This document shows positions 44,291-58,643 of a DNA stretch of 64,000 bases, piece by piece (positions within the stretch are counted from its first letter, which is position 1; the number at the start of each line of letters is the position of its first letter). The position numbers and the translations under genes were made by a program. The notes under the pieces were generated by a model. That model was not told the origin of the DNA and made no database searches. It was given only the letters and a program-made list of their open reading frames with translations. Source of the DNA: Octopus vulgaris (lineage: Eukaryota); assembly GCA_951406725.2 (NCBI GenBank), contig OX597814.1:159030001-159094000 (forward strand), written 5' to 3'.

Positions 44291-45417
44291 CCTCAAACAG
44301 TATTTAAGTAAGCTATATTCATAACCGACTGAGTATTATTGAATATTTTAAACATACTTCTAGATAATTTAAGTAATTAGAAAGTGTTCCTTATATGCAT
44401 CCTAAAATACGTGCACAAATCTATAATCATTATGTGGAAAGTAAAAAATATACATCTTAAGAAATTTATAGGAAATATTTTCCATAAATTTCACAACAGA
44501 GTAATTGGAGTAAACAGATACACAAGCGGGTGCTACATATAGTGTAATGAAAGAATTCATTTTATACTGAATTTTTTTTCTTTTCAGAGTTGTTCAATAC
44601 TTCTTGATCATTGTTTCCATAGATTTAGCTATTGTCTAATTCAAAGTATTCAATATTTTATTTCTACCATACTGTGGATTTAAATCTACATTGCAGCACT
44701 TTGTCTTCTGGAATAGCGCCATCTACTAAGGTATAACGGCGTGGGATCCGCCCTGATCTACTTGTTTGTGAAATTCTTAACTACAAACCTTTACATTACA
44801 GAATACATTCCTTTCTTACTCCTAGCAATTTCAGAGACTCTGAAACGATCATGGGCGAGGCCCTTTTTCGACTTAGTTGTAAAAATAAAACATATACATG
44901 TGGTAAGAAATTTTACTAAGAGCATAAATATACATGTATTATTAGGTTCTTTCCTTTTTGAGTAGTATGATCTAAATGTAGACACTAAACACCAAAAGAT
45001 AAAGACGTGACCTATTTCAAATTAAAAAGTGAATTCAAGTCAATATTTCTGCATGAGAGAAACATATTAATAAAAGGGTAAAATTAAGTCACGATTTATC
45101 TGTTTATTTGTAAGATGGAGTATAAATAGTATTGTAGCTAGCAATGACACAAGCAATGACACAAATATACACGTCACATAGAAAGTATTGCTAGGTGTTT
45201 ACTCAATACTCGTTATAACTGAAACTGCAGAAAAAGACTATTCAGAAATACGGGAATCGAATAGAGCTAATACACTGACAATGAAAGCAAAAGCAAGACA
45301 TTTATAGATAATAATGTCTCACTCACCTACTGTGGATTTCACCGCGAAAAGTTTTTCTGATGAATGGCAGAAATGAAACAATCACATTAGATACTTTAGA
45401 AGATATGTGAGTGGTAA

Positions 45418-45473
<56 letters not shown>

Positions 45474-45474
45474 G

Positions 45475-45508
<34 letters not shown>

Positions 45509-45621
45509 TATACACATATATATACATATATATATATACATATATATACATATATATATATACTTATATATATATACATATATACATATATATATATATA
45601 CATATACATATATACATATAC

Positions 45622-45666
<45 letters not shown>

Positions 45667-48600
45667 AAATAGTTCCTATCATAGAAAAACAACGCGCTAA
45701 AACAATTTATTTTGTCGCGTGAAATACGCATTACAAAAACAATTGAGAATTATTGCCAAAATAGAGAAGAGGAAAGGAATTAGGAAGTAATTTTTATCTG
45801 GAAACAAATCATAAAACTGTTAGAATATCATCATAACAAAAGTATATAATTATGTTAATAGAAGTTTAGAGAAAGAAATCTCAAGCCGTTTTACATATGC
45901 GAGTTATATATTTCTAAACAATTTCTACAGAATAACTGGATATTTTTTACAATTTGTCAGCTCGGTTATATTAGCACATGCGTACATATAAAAGCGAAAA
46001 ACCTTGATAATCACTCATACGCACAAATATAATTGTTTATTGGTGTGTGTTTTATATCTAAATCTGTGTAGAATATGTAAATTTGTGTAGAATTTGAAAT
46101 TTTTGCATGGACTGTTAATAAAAATCGATGTGAATTAGTTGTTGATAATATGGTTCATTAATATAATAATGTGATCGCATATATTATATATTTACTTATT
46201 CTATAATATATCTCAGATTTTACAATATTAGCGACTTGTTAGGAATGTTTAAATTGTATGGAGTAAATATCAACGTAAATAGCAACATCCGTCCTCTAAT
46301 ATTAGTACATAATTTAAAAAAACAGAATATCACGAACGTAATAATACATGTATTACACTTCTGAACGAGAACATTATACATCAGTCATATTTGCTATGAC
46401 GGAGAAGCAAAAAGCAAGCAACACGTTAACATGTTCTGCTTGTTTCAATGTTACAAATTACCTAATATTAAGTTGATTGCTATATAAAATGAGCTCTACA
46501 TTTTCATATATTAACCAACGGAGTTAAGCGCACATCAACTGAATAAATTAGCCGGCAGTATATATTTAGAATGTTCGGTATTATATTTTTACAGGATTAA
46601 ACGCTTGTGCATGCATAGCGTAAGCGTCAAGTCCTCATGATCTAGATGCAAGCAACTTCGGATTTCTTCTGTTTAAGAACATCAATTTACACATAGACAG
46701 TAAAGCGAAATATAAAAGCACGGGTGGGGATGTCTTGTATATCACTCACCATATGTGGATTCAACATCTGATAGTTTTTCTGGGGGAAATATAAAATAAG
46801 ATCCAATAATTGTCTAACTGGAATATATATATCTAAGCATACGATGAACACACACACCCTCATTTCAACCAACATTTACATATAAATAATTTGCATGTTG
46901 GTGTCTATGTTTTCTTATTAATATATTTTAAGGAAATAAAAGTGTGCCAGTTATTGAATGGTAGCGATTCAATCACAACAATGATGTGTATGGAATATTA
47001 AAAGAGGAGACTTTCATATTGAACAATGGAAATTCTTTGAATGAAAATCGAAATTCGTTTCAAGAATAGTCACAGAATGGGCCCTAGATAAGTAACTTGC
47101 TTTTGGGGAATACTTGATTTAATGAGAGTGCACTGATATAGTTGTTAGCACAAGTGGGCTCTGATCGAGCGGATCTATAACCAGGCACGTTCAAGTCATG
47201 GCTATCCCTCTGAGTGTGTGTATGTGGTGAGGGGTGGTCATGCATCCCAAACTACATTCTCCAATTTGTTTCATATTAGGGATAAATGTAGATTAGGGAA
47301 AATTTAAATGTTATTTCAAGGAAGTTCTGCAAGCATGAGTGGCGTATGTGTGTGAGAGAGAGAGAGGGTTTGTGTGTGTATGTAACGTTCGATTAGTTGC
47401 AAGTTTGGTGTAACTGTTCTAGGAATAAGTATTACATATCCATAATCCAAGTCATGTATCTTTCTAAAACCATCCGTGGAATGAATAAAGGTCAGCAGAT
47501 CATTTATTTCGATTGTAAGTTTCTTGTTACGTGATACTGAAACATTATTTTCCATATAAATAAAATTCAATATATATATGCAAATAGTTTATTAAATGCA
47601 GCATTTTATAGATTATTGCTTGTAAATAATATGGAGCTGTACATCAGAAAATATATCCCAAAGGAAGATTTACATTTCGTAATTACTACGAATAAAAGTT
47701 AAATAGAAGATATAGCGACAAATCTAAAACAATCTTTCAGGCTTCTGAAGTAAATCTATTGAAAATATTGCTTACCTCCACGTACTATTGTTTCCGAAAT
47801 GGTTTCTGTGAATTTAACCAAATTTATGATTAGCTCTTTATATAACATATCTTAATTCATTACATAACCAAATATTTACATTATGTTGTCAATATGTATG
47901 TATACTAAACAAATATTACTTCTGGAAGAATTAAACCAAATTTGAAATTACAGGTACAAACCGGAAATATAATTGTCTAAAATTTAATCTGAAACGGAAA
48001 TGTTATGTTTTGTGGTTGTTTTTCCTTTTAATCTCAAGCTAATACGTTAGGGACACAATAAATTTGTATTTGTAAAAATACTATCCAAATAATCAAATAT
48101 AATCGAAAGATTGCAGTTTATAAGTAAACTCACCGATCGTTTCAGCATGCGGCCGATCTAGATGGAAATTAAAAACCGTTTTATATATTTTTAAAAAAAT
48201 CTCTTTGCCACAAGCTTCAACACTTAGTATTATAATGAGATAGGATATTCTACGTAATTTTGCCTTCTTTAAGATATTTCAAGTCAAATATATGTAACTG
48301 ACATACAAGAAAGTTAAAAATACAGTTCATTACGCAAATTGCATAGAACAGAATGAAGGAATGAAAACTTGATTTCAGTTACTGTAATAGTATTAATGAA
48401 TATATTTAAGATGTAGGAAGCTTCATATAAGCAAAAAACGCTTGATATACATTCGAAGTTTCAATAATTTTAACGAATGCTTACCTATCCAATATTCTGG
48501 TTCTGTTAGATGTTCTGTTAAATTAACCGAATATTCAATTAAACAATTTAAAAATGAATCTTAAGTTAATACGGTACTGAATTTCACAACAGATTACGGT

Positions 48601-50105
48601 TTGTGAATTTGAAATACGTGATATTTGATGTTTTGTCTAGTACAATACAGATTAGTATCAACTCAAATAAATAAATGTCTATTTCCGTCAAAATACTGAC
48701 ATCTTTACTACATATCTTTTTACAAAAAAAAACTATGTGAAATAAAGACCTAAATATTTTGTCATAGACATTTTTCTTTTCAAATTAAAATTATATGAGA
48801 ATACGTAATATATAAAGGGTAAAGATCCATTCTGTCATGAATGATCATGGGATTACCCCTAGAAAGTTACCCTCTGAAGCACAAGTCTGGGCAAGGTTGT
48901 TTAAGGAAGACCAACGGTCGCTCATGCATTTCAGCCTCGCCTCTACATACCACCGATGTTATCCAAGGGAAAGAGAAATGCTGATACAGCGTGGCACCAG
49001 TTTCGTAGCAACTCATTTCTATAGCTGAGTAATCTGGAGCAACGTGAAATAAAGTGTATTATCATCCAAGATACACTGTCTATAGAATGCGTTTGTCAAT
49101 ACTTCTACTTTGGGTTCAAACGTTTTCATTAACGTTCTTTTATAACTGCAATTTACTTTTGATCGTATATATTTTCAAACGAACTAAAAAATATATCTGT
49201 AGATGCTGTAGAGCTCCTTATTGATTATTGGTCTTCAGTTGAGGATTCAGTCCATTGCTATTCTAAGAAAAATCTTCTCTGAAAACATTTACACGGCTGC
49301 AAATCAAAAACGTATCGATTTAAATTCACAACCATTAGATATAAAACGCAGAGTATTTAGTCCTTTATTATAGATGGGGATTAGTTGGTCTCCCTTACAC
49401 CATAGCAACCAGACTGGCAATATTTCTGACCTAGTATATATTAGACCATGTGACACGCTCTAACTAGTGAAAAATCCGCTTAGATTCTGTCTTTTGGATA
49501 CATTTACAAACTAATATTCAGCAAATATTTTCTGAGTGAGCGAAATCATATTTCATGCGCATGATTTTTGCAGAACATAATGAATCAGCTGATTCCTAAC
49601 TTATGTGTATGTGTGTGAATGTGAATATGTGAAGGAGGGAGAGAGAGAGAAAGTGAGAGAGAGAGAGAAAGTGAGAGAGAGAGAAAGAGTGAGACATAGA
49701 CAGACAGTCAGACAGACAGAGAAACAGACTGACAGTGAATGGAAGAATTGAAGAAAGACGTTACTCAATACAGTGCATAAACTAACGTTAAACATATAAG
49801 TAACACAATTGTAAAATTCGGAATAAATAACTACGAAGAATCCAGTTCTACTGAGAAAATACGGAGAAAATCTTCAGAAAAAGGGTAATTTATGAAAGAA
49901 GTTCTATTTTGAGAATTAAATATCACAGCTATTTCTTTCACGTTTCTGATTCTCTCTAGAAAAATGTTTTGTCCAGAGAAGGAATAATGTGCACGCACTG
50001 GTTAATTGATTATTGATTGATTGACAGACAGACAAACAGATAGATAGGTGGATGGATTGATGGATGTACAGACAGATAAATATAATCATACACACATGCA
50101 CACAC

Positions 50106-50175
<70 letters not shown>

Positions 50176-50287
50176 ACATGTGTGTATGTATATATATATA
50201 TATACGTATATATTTAAATATACATATACAAATATACAAACATATATATATATACAAATATATATCTATACAAATATATAAATATAT

Positions 50288-50337
<50 letters not shown>

Positions 50338-50558
50338 CAGAACATTTATAAATAGATGGTCTTACAGCTGTTTCCGGGATATTTTTTATATCCCTTCATC
50401 GGAGACGGTGTGATAAAATGGTTATGTAGAATAGTTATTCTACATAAGATATGAAATAGAGAGTGAAATGGAGGAATGAAAATAGACGTGAGATATGCAG
50501 GGATATTGTATCTTCAGTTCCATTGTTTAGGCAGAATAGTATAAATATATATATATAT

Positions 50559-50624
<66 letters not shown>

Positions 50625-50919
50625 AAAATATATATACATATATGTAAATATATATATTTTATATTGTCAACAAAGTAGTTAAGTACAAAAAAATTTATAC
50701 AGGTTTTTATTAGAAAGCAATGATGCAGATATTAGTAATTATTTTAAAGCGTATTCCCCAATCTGAATACCTATCCAAACCATTTTGCCGCACATTCATC
50801 ATTTTCCAACAACTACACAGGAAAATAAGGAGACAACTGATTGAAATCCAGCAACACGCAGTAGCAAGAAATCATTTGAGAATAATATATGATTCAGCAA
50901 CTGAAGTTTCTAGTCGAAG

Positions 50920-50988
<69 letters not shown>

Positions 50989-53312
50989 TACATATATATA
51001 GGTAATGAAAAATTAAAGTGGTGAACTCTTTTCAAGAAACAGCAGCGTAGGGCGCAATTTATCGAGCGATTAGAATAAAATACTATAGTTTTGAGTCTTA
51101 TCTGAGCTTGCTACAGCGTTAGTATTTCTTCGGGAATGAACTATTCTCGAAAAGTCTTTGTTAGTTTAACATCTGCGTTCCTCAGAGATAGTAAAACGTA
51201 TTAGCCGTAGCAAACTAGAGGCGCCTAGTTATGACTTATAAATTTTGGGGTGAAAGAGGAATAGTGTTTTCATGATCTGTCATGATAGTGCCTTTGCACA
51301 AAGGAACAAGCTTGTTATAACATGGGGTGGGGGAGTATTCAAAGTCTACGTTAATGAACACTGAAGTTTGGGCGTGAAGTGTCAACATTTTATATACGTG
51401 GTGCTTGGTGTAGGATGTTGGGGAGGAATGAAGGATCGCATATCCCAAGTAAAAATAGTCGCTGGAGTAGAGCAAGTATGTCATTGACGTGTGGAAAGAA
51501 GAATATAGAAAATAAAGTCACAATTTGGAGAACAAAACAGTTAAAAGATTGCGGGTAGGTAAGAACTTCCTCAGTCTACGTTGTTATGTTTCGATGTGAA
51601 AAGGAACTATTTATTCAAGTTGACACAACCACACAGAGCGTCAGTTCCCCCAAGCGATTTGTGTGTCATTTATAGTGGAAGGTCTGAGCGGGTGTGTCTT
51701 TCTGAGTAAGTGACATTATACCTATGAGCGCATGCCATTGCTACAATAAATCGCGATCAATATAACAATTCAATGACCGATACAATAATTGACTCGGTAC
51801 ATAGCGTGTGTGTGTGTGTGCAATGTAATTGCTGCCATTATGCCTATCTAATGATTGCTGTACTTTTTTATACTCTCATTCAACCGTAATATTCTGTCCC
51901 ATGATGTTTAGTATGTTTCAAACTCACGAATGAAAACAGAATATAGCAATAATAAAGAGGTATTATACACCAACAACTGCAAGTTAGAAAAGTACAAATA
52001 CTCCTAGCGGAATAAACTGCATTAAGACAAAGCTTGACGCGAATTAGAAATACTTTTAAAAGCATTACTACATGTCTTGTTAATCAATACATATTAGGTC
52101 TGATATACGTATATAAAGCATAAAATGTTAAACTATATTTAGTTCATCGCTGCATATTACTGTGGAAGTATTGTAATTTTATGTATTTTGTTTCTAAATG
52201 ACATAAATAATGTAAATAATTGATCTTTCATTATGTGAATGATACTTTGTTATTAGTGCGTTTGGATATGTGAGAATATGCTTGAGTACCTATGAGTGCA
52301 TGTGGAATTGCCGCATGTGACCTCCCGTGACAAAGTCGGAGGTGTATACTAGTCGATATATTTCTCTGTTTTAAATATTAAATATATTAAATATTTGCGT
52401 AGTTATTAAGTCCTCCCTATTTAATCTTCTTTATTCCAGACAGTCTATGAAGCCAACTATTGAAAGCTAGTGCAACTATTGCAAATTTAACTCACCAACT
52501 GTAGATTCAACTTCTGATGGTTTTTCTGAACGAAAGTTAAAATAAAATAAAATATTTACGTTGCTTAATTCGTTCGCATACAAATAAACTTTGAGTTTAC
52601 GTAAATAACTTTAGGTATTTTTATTATGATGAATGTATTAAATATAACTTTTCGAGCTTCATTTAACTGATACATGTTTACGTATGTCGTTCACATCTTT
52701 TGTAAGTATTACAATTTATTAAAAGTAGAAACATATTTTCTCATGAATGCACAAGGTCATTTTAAATTTATATTTTATATTATGCAGAAAGTATAGTATA
52801 TTATTCTAGAAAAACCTATTATTAATTTTGATGAACCATATAAAGTTACTTTAAAGTGCTTACCTATGCGAGATTCGGTCTCTGTAATAATTTCTGTGAA
52901 ATTAACAACGTGATCAATTAACTGTTGCTTTTGTCAATTAATAAAATATTAAATAGTCTAGGCGCAATAAAATTCATCAATAAATTTGCACGGGAATATT
53001 GATCGGGGTACCTTTTTTGAGTATAACTCACACTGAATATAATGATTTAAACTTAATGCAATTTACGTTCAGTATTTATTACATTTTTGAGAGCGCCTGG
53101 CATAATGGCTTGTGTGTTCTCTTAAGATCAACTCATTCTCAGTCGCTTAAATGCTGAGCTATGTTCAAAATGTATTGAAGTGTAGGCTCTCGAGATACTA
53201 TAGATTTCTATTATATATATAGTTTAATACAATTAATTTACGTTACATATTAATTCATATTAAGAGAAATTATACTACTGGTAACTATAATGAAAATTTA
53301 ATTTAGGGGGAA

Positions 53313-53376
<64 letters not shown>

Positions 53377-54712
53377 GTAATAATAAAGCTCTATTTTATG
53401 AAAACTAATTAGGAAACACTTACCAACTGTAGCTTCAACCCCAGAAGGTTGTTCTGAATACGAATTATATACAAATAGAAAAAAGAAACAAATTAAGACC
53501 TACTCGTCTACATGCACTTTCACACTTTACGAAATATTTTTCATTTGCTCAATCTCATATTGGTAAAGAAGTTAAGAAACAGGTTGCAATGAATTACTTA
53601 TTGAAAATTGGTCAGTAGTTGTAAGTAACTGATAAAAATTTGTTTTAAACTGGATACACTTTATGGTATTCTACATTATTCAATAAGTGTACATCAATAA
53701 TCCGAAGGCATTTATGATAAGGTATTTCGAATATTTTCAAATGTATGTAAATGATTTTCAAGACATTTACACGGTATATAGCATAGAATTTCTGATCTAT
53801 TGTGGTAATTTCTAAAGTGGAAAATTGCTCACCTCTGGGACGCTCTTCCTGCGTCACAATATCTGTGAAATTAATGAAACATTATTGCAATTTCGTATCA
53901 AGCATTTGCTAATATAAAGCTAGCAAGAATATTAGAACTAATGGATGCCTTGGAACGATAGAAAGCATTGCCAATTAACAATAAGCATATGTTTAGAAAG
54001 AAGTGATTTTTCCTTTCAATTCCTGTAAAAATATTCTAATATTTCAAATACACACATGCTTTATAATTATATAAAAGCATTCATCACAAACATTGTACTT
54101 TCGTAAGAGCTTATATTATGAAAACAGAAACTTCAGTTTCAAATCCTAACGTAACTGAATTACAGACATTATTCTGGGCATATTGCACGATAGAATATGT
54201 AATGTATAACACAGAAATGCCATAATAACTAACACATTCCAACATAGACTTTAACCATTACAGTATTTATCATAACATTATATAATATTCCACTACACTT
54301 ATTCCCTAGAATATATGCGATATTACAATTCCATCTACATTTTCTATATTATCTACAAAATACTTATATAGCGAAAAGAATGACAAACGTGGTTTTAACA
54401 ACGTTTTAAAGGCAATATTAAAAGTAACATCCTACATATCAAATAGAAAACACAGCCCTTAAATGGGACAAGTTCAAAATATTTATCGTTTATTAGCAAC
54501 ATAGAATATAACAAAACTCTACACAAGAACATATGAAGATATCAAAACGTAATCACGTGAGAATAAATTATCTCACTCACCAACTGTAGATTCCACCTCC
54601 GAACGTGTTTCTAGTGAAAGAAATGTAAAATACGTCCGTCAATTGACTATACAGACATTGACACAGACATATATACTAAACATTTTGAGACGTGCACTTT
54701 TTAGGTGAATAC

Positions 54713-54782
<70 letters not shown>

Positions 54783-55765
54783 GCATACATACATACATAT
54801 ATACATACATATATATATATACATACATATATATATATACATACATATATATATATACATACATATATATATATACATACATATATATATATACATACAT
54901 ATATATATACATACATATATATATATATATATACATATATATTTATACATATATATATATATATATATATATAGAAGGAAAAAATCTGAAAATATAGGAG
55001 TCTTTTAAAAGTATTTATTAACTAAACCGGTGTCACTTATTTAAAAAGATTTTCAAAAGTAAAGTATGAGACTTTGTGTACCCTTTGTGATGGCAAAAAT
55101 TACTTTACATACATATATTCAAATCAAGTGATATAGTCATTGACAATGATAAGAAAAAGTTTGAGGCTTTGTGTATCCAGAGTGATGAGTCAAAAAATAG
55201 TTTACATAAAAACTGATTGACAAACAAGACACGCTTTATCTTCTTGTCAAAGATTCTATCACTTGATCTGGATATATTTATATAAAATATTTCATCTTAT
55301 TGTAATATATTTTATCACCCGATCTGTATGATTTTATGAAAACAATTCTTTGACTCATCACAGAAGATACACATGACAAACCAGACACGTCTGATCTTCT
55401 TATGAAAGACTCTATTTCTTGATCGGGATACATTCATGTAAACTAATTTTCATGTTATCATTGTAAAAAAAAATATTATCTGATCTAAATGTTATGTAAA
55501 CTAATTTTTGACTCGTCACTGAGGATGCACAAAGCCTCAAACTTTTTCTTACCATTGTCAAAGACACTATCACTTCATTTGAATACATTCATCTAAATTA
55601 ATTTTCGACTCAACAGAGGATACGCATGGCCTGATACTTTACTTTTGAAAATCTTTTGAAATAAGTGAAACCGGTTAAGTTTTTAAATACTTTTAAAAGA
55701 CTCCTGCATTTTAAAATTATTTTCCTTATATTTTACTCGTGCATTAACCCCCCAATCTTACTTTG

Positions 55766-55835
<70 letters not shown>

Positions 55836-55917
55836 TATATATATTTTATTTTTATGTTTTGGTTTATGTTTTTCACTGTTTGATTTGCCTAATAGTGGTT
55901 TTATCTCTAATTTAATT

Positions 55918-55953
<36 letters not shown>

Positions 55954-57041
55954 CACATTATATATGTATATATACATTGTATACCTATGTATATGTATAT
56001 ATAGAGAGAGACATATTCACACACACATATTCACACACACACGCACACATATATCTATGATACTAGAGGTTTTCATTTCTGACTACTCTTTAGCGGATCA
56101 TAAACATCTCTCATGGCTGGACTTTATCTTATTTGAAAATTGATACTCACGGGATTTATAAATCAAATATACTTAAGCAATTGCAGCATCAACTACATTA
56201 ATCAAAACAATCGCAAATTAAAAAGGAATATCGCAGGAAAATGTCAGATTTTAATACATATTTTGAAAAATCTTCTGAATAGCATACCTGTACGAGTTAC
56301 TTTCTCCGTTACAATCTCTGTGGAATTAACGAAACATGTAGTTAGATATTTGAAAGAAACTTTATAAGAGTATGCAACGTTGTTTATATGCAGAATATTA
56401 TGCAAATTTTATATCTGCATACTTTTCCATTCGCACATAAGCATACACTGAAAACACCCAATGATAATAAAATCAAGCAGTTATGCTTATGCAGAGATAG
56501 ATCCAGTTTTCCATAAGATAACCAATGTATAACAAAGAATGTGATATACTAGTGCACTATAAACACTGGAGGAAGATCCTGCGTATATATCTGGGCATCG
56601 GCCGATTTTTCAAAAATTGATATTGCAACAACATCGCCAGATTTCGAAATATCCTTAAACGACATGCAACATCGCTAGCCGATTTTATCTGGTGGTTTAA
56701 GGAAGCGCAAACAAAATACGACCTTACATGGTCCATACTTAGATATGCGAGTCCCTACACTATATCCCGGAAATGCCAGATATATACCGAGGAGTCCCTC
56801 TCGATAATGTTAACAAAGGCACATTACAAATAAATTCATTGAACAATTACCCAGATTCCTACACGCAGCTAAACACAAATTCACATATTACCATACCGAC
56901 CATTCATATTTTGATGTATACATGTGGCCACAACTCTTAAAAGACCTGAACTTGAGGAATTATATTCGAATAACTTGTATTTGACATATGATCTTGCAAT
57001 CGATATCCAAATATGTATATTCATATATGTATGTATGTATT

Positions 57042-57094
<53 letters not shown>

Positions 57095-57198
57095 ATGTAT
57101 ATATATTCGTCTATACGTGTGCGTATGCGCGTGAATCTAGTTGTATGTATATACCCATATACTTGGATGTGCGTGTGTGAGCGCGTATGTATATGTGC

Positions 57199-57248
<50 letters not shown>

Positions 57249-58609
57249 TGTGTATCTATATGTATATATGCGTCTAAGCACAAACACAAAAAGATTTTCG
57301 TCTAAGTATTATCTTCCCTTCAACTTCTACTTCCTTTTCTTTCTCTTAACAGTTACAAAAGCGAAAATTGATTACGTCATTTTCTTTAAACTAGAATGTA
57401 TAATTTCCACGTTCATATTTATATTTTTTGTGTTTCAATAATTTTTGTTTGATTTTTACTCATTCTCGAATTTAATGGACACATAGCGGTACGTAAGCCG
57501 ATTCATGAAATCTGTAGTGAGACTTTTTATTGATGTATCTGAAGAGACCCAGAACGGGTCGAAACATGTGTTGTACCCAATAAAGTCAATTACACATTCC
57601 ATTTCCTATCTTTTAATACTGTAACTATATATATGTATATATATTTCGGGATAGTAATTTTTTCCCAAATAGACACACGCACTATATATTTAGTCTTTAC
57701 TTATTTATTTATGTTCTTAATTTATATTATGGCCATCCATTGTCTGGAGATCTTTCGTCACAAATTTTTGACTTCTCCAGTGACATTTTCCATCCACATA
57801 TCCTTATCTGCGCGTGCGTTTTAGTCTGTATCTGGGTGCGTGTGTGTGTGCGGACTTGCGTATCTATGCGTGCGTGTGTGTGTGTGTGTACTTGTGTGCG
57901 TGTGTTTGTATTTCGCATGCGTGCCTATGTGTGTGCATATGGACCTGCCCACGACACACTGTTTCTATCCGTGCCATGTATGTAATTGTTGTTACAGTTA
58001 TAGTCGTTGTTATTAGTGTTACTTGGTATATGGTTCGGACCCACCTACGTGTTCTCTTCTGTTGCTGCTGCTGCTCTTCTTGACACAAATTTTGATATTC
58101 TTCTTGTATCTTTCTGTGTCTTTGGGTTCGTTCATGCTGTTGTTGTTCGAGTTGTTGTGGCCGTTTGAGTATATATATATATATATATATATATATAATC
58201 ATAGATATGTATATGTATGTTATGTATGTAAATATATATGTAGTCATACATATATATGTGTGTGTGTGAGTATATATGCAATGATATACACACACACATA
58301 CGTACGTACACACATGTAATCAAACTACTTTCAAACTTCTTTCACAGCTCATCCCCTAATGCATAAAAGACGAATATAGTCTGTGTTATTTGATGTTTCC
58401 TGAATTGCCTTAGCGTCAAATATGAAGTGCGATCATCATGCACTAAAACGAAATCAACTAGTGGTATATACATAGCGACAAATTACGCATATTTATCAAC
58501 AGTTTAACAATAATTCCTTCAGAATCACTTACACAGAACATATATATGTTGGAGTGTGTGTTAGTTTATGCGTGGGTGTGTGGGTGTGTTTGTGTGAGTG
58601 TGTGTGTGT

Positions 58610-58643
<34 letters not shown>

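Noticed and set aside
51010-51780. Family assignment for the GC-richer insert replacing an expected exon
   Set aside because: Probably a decayed retroelement, but I could not read convincing motifs.
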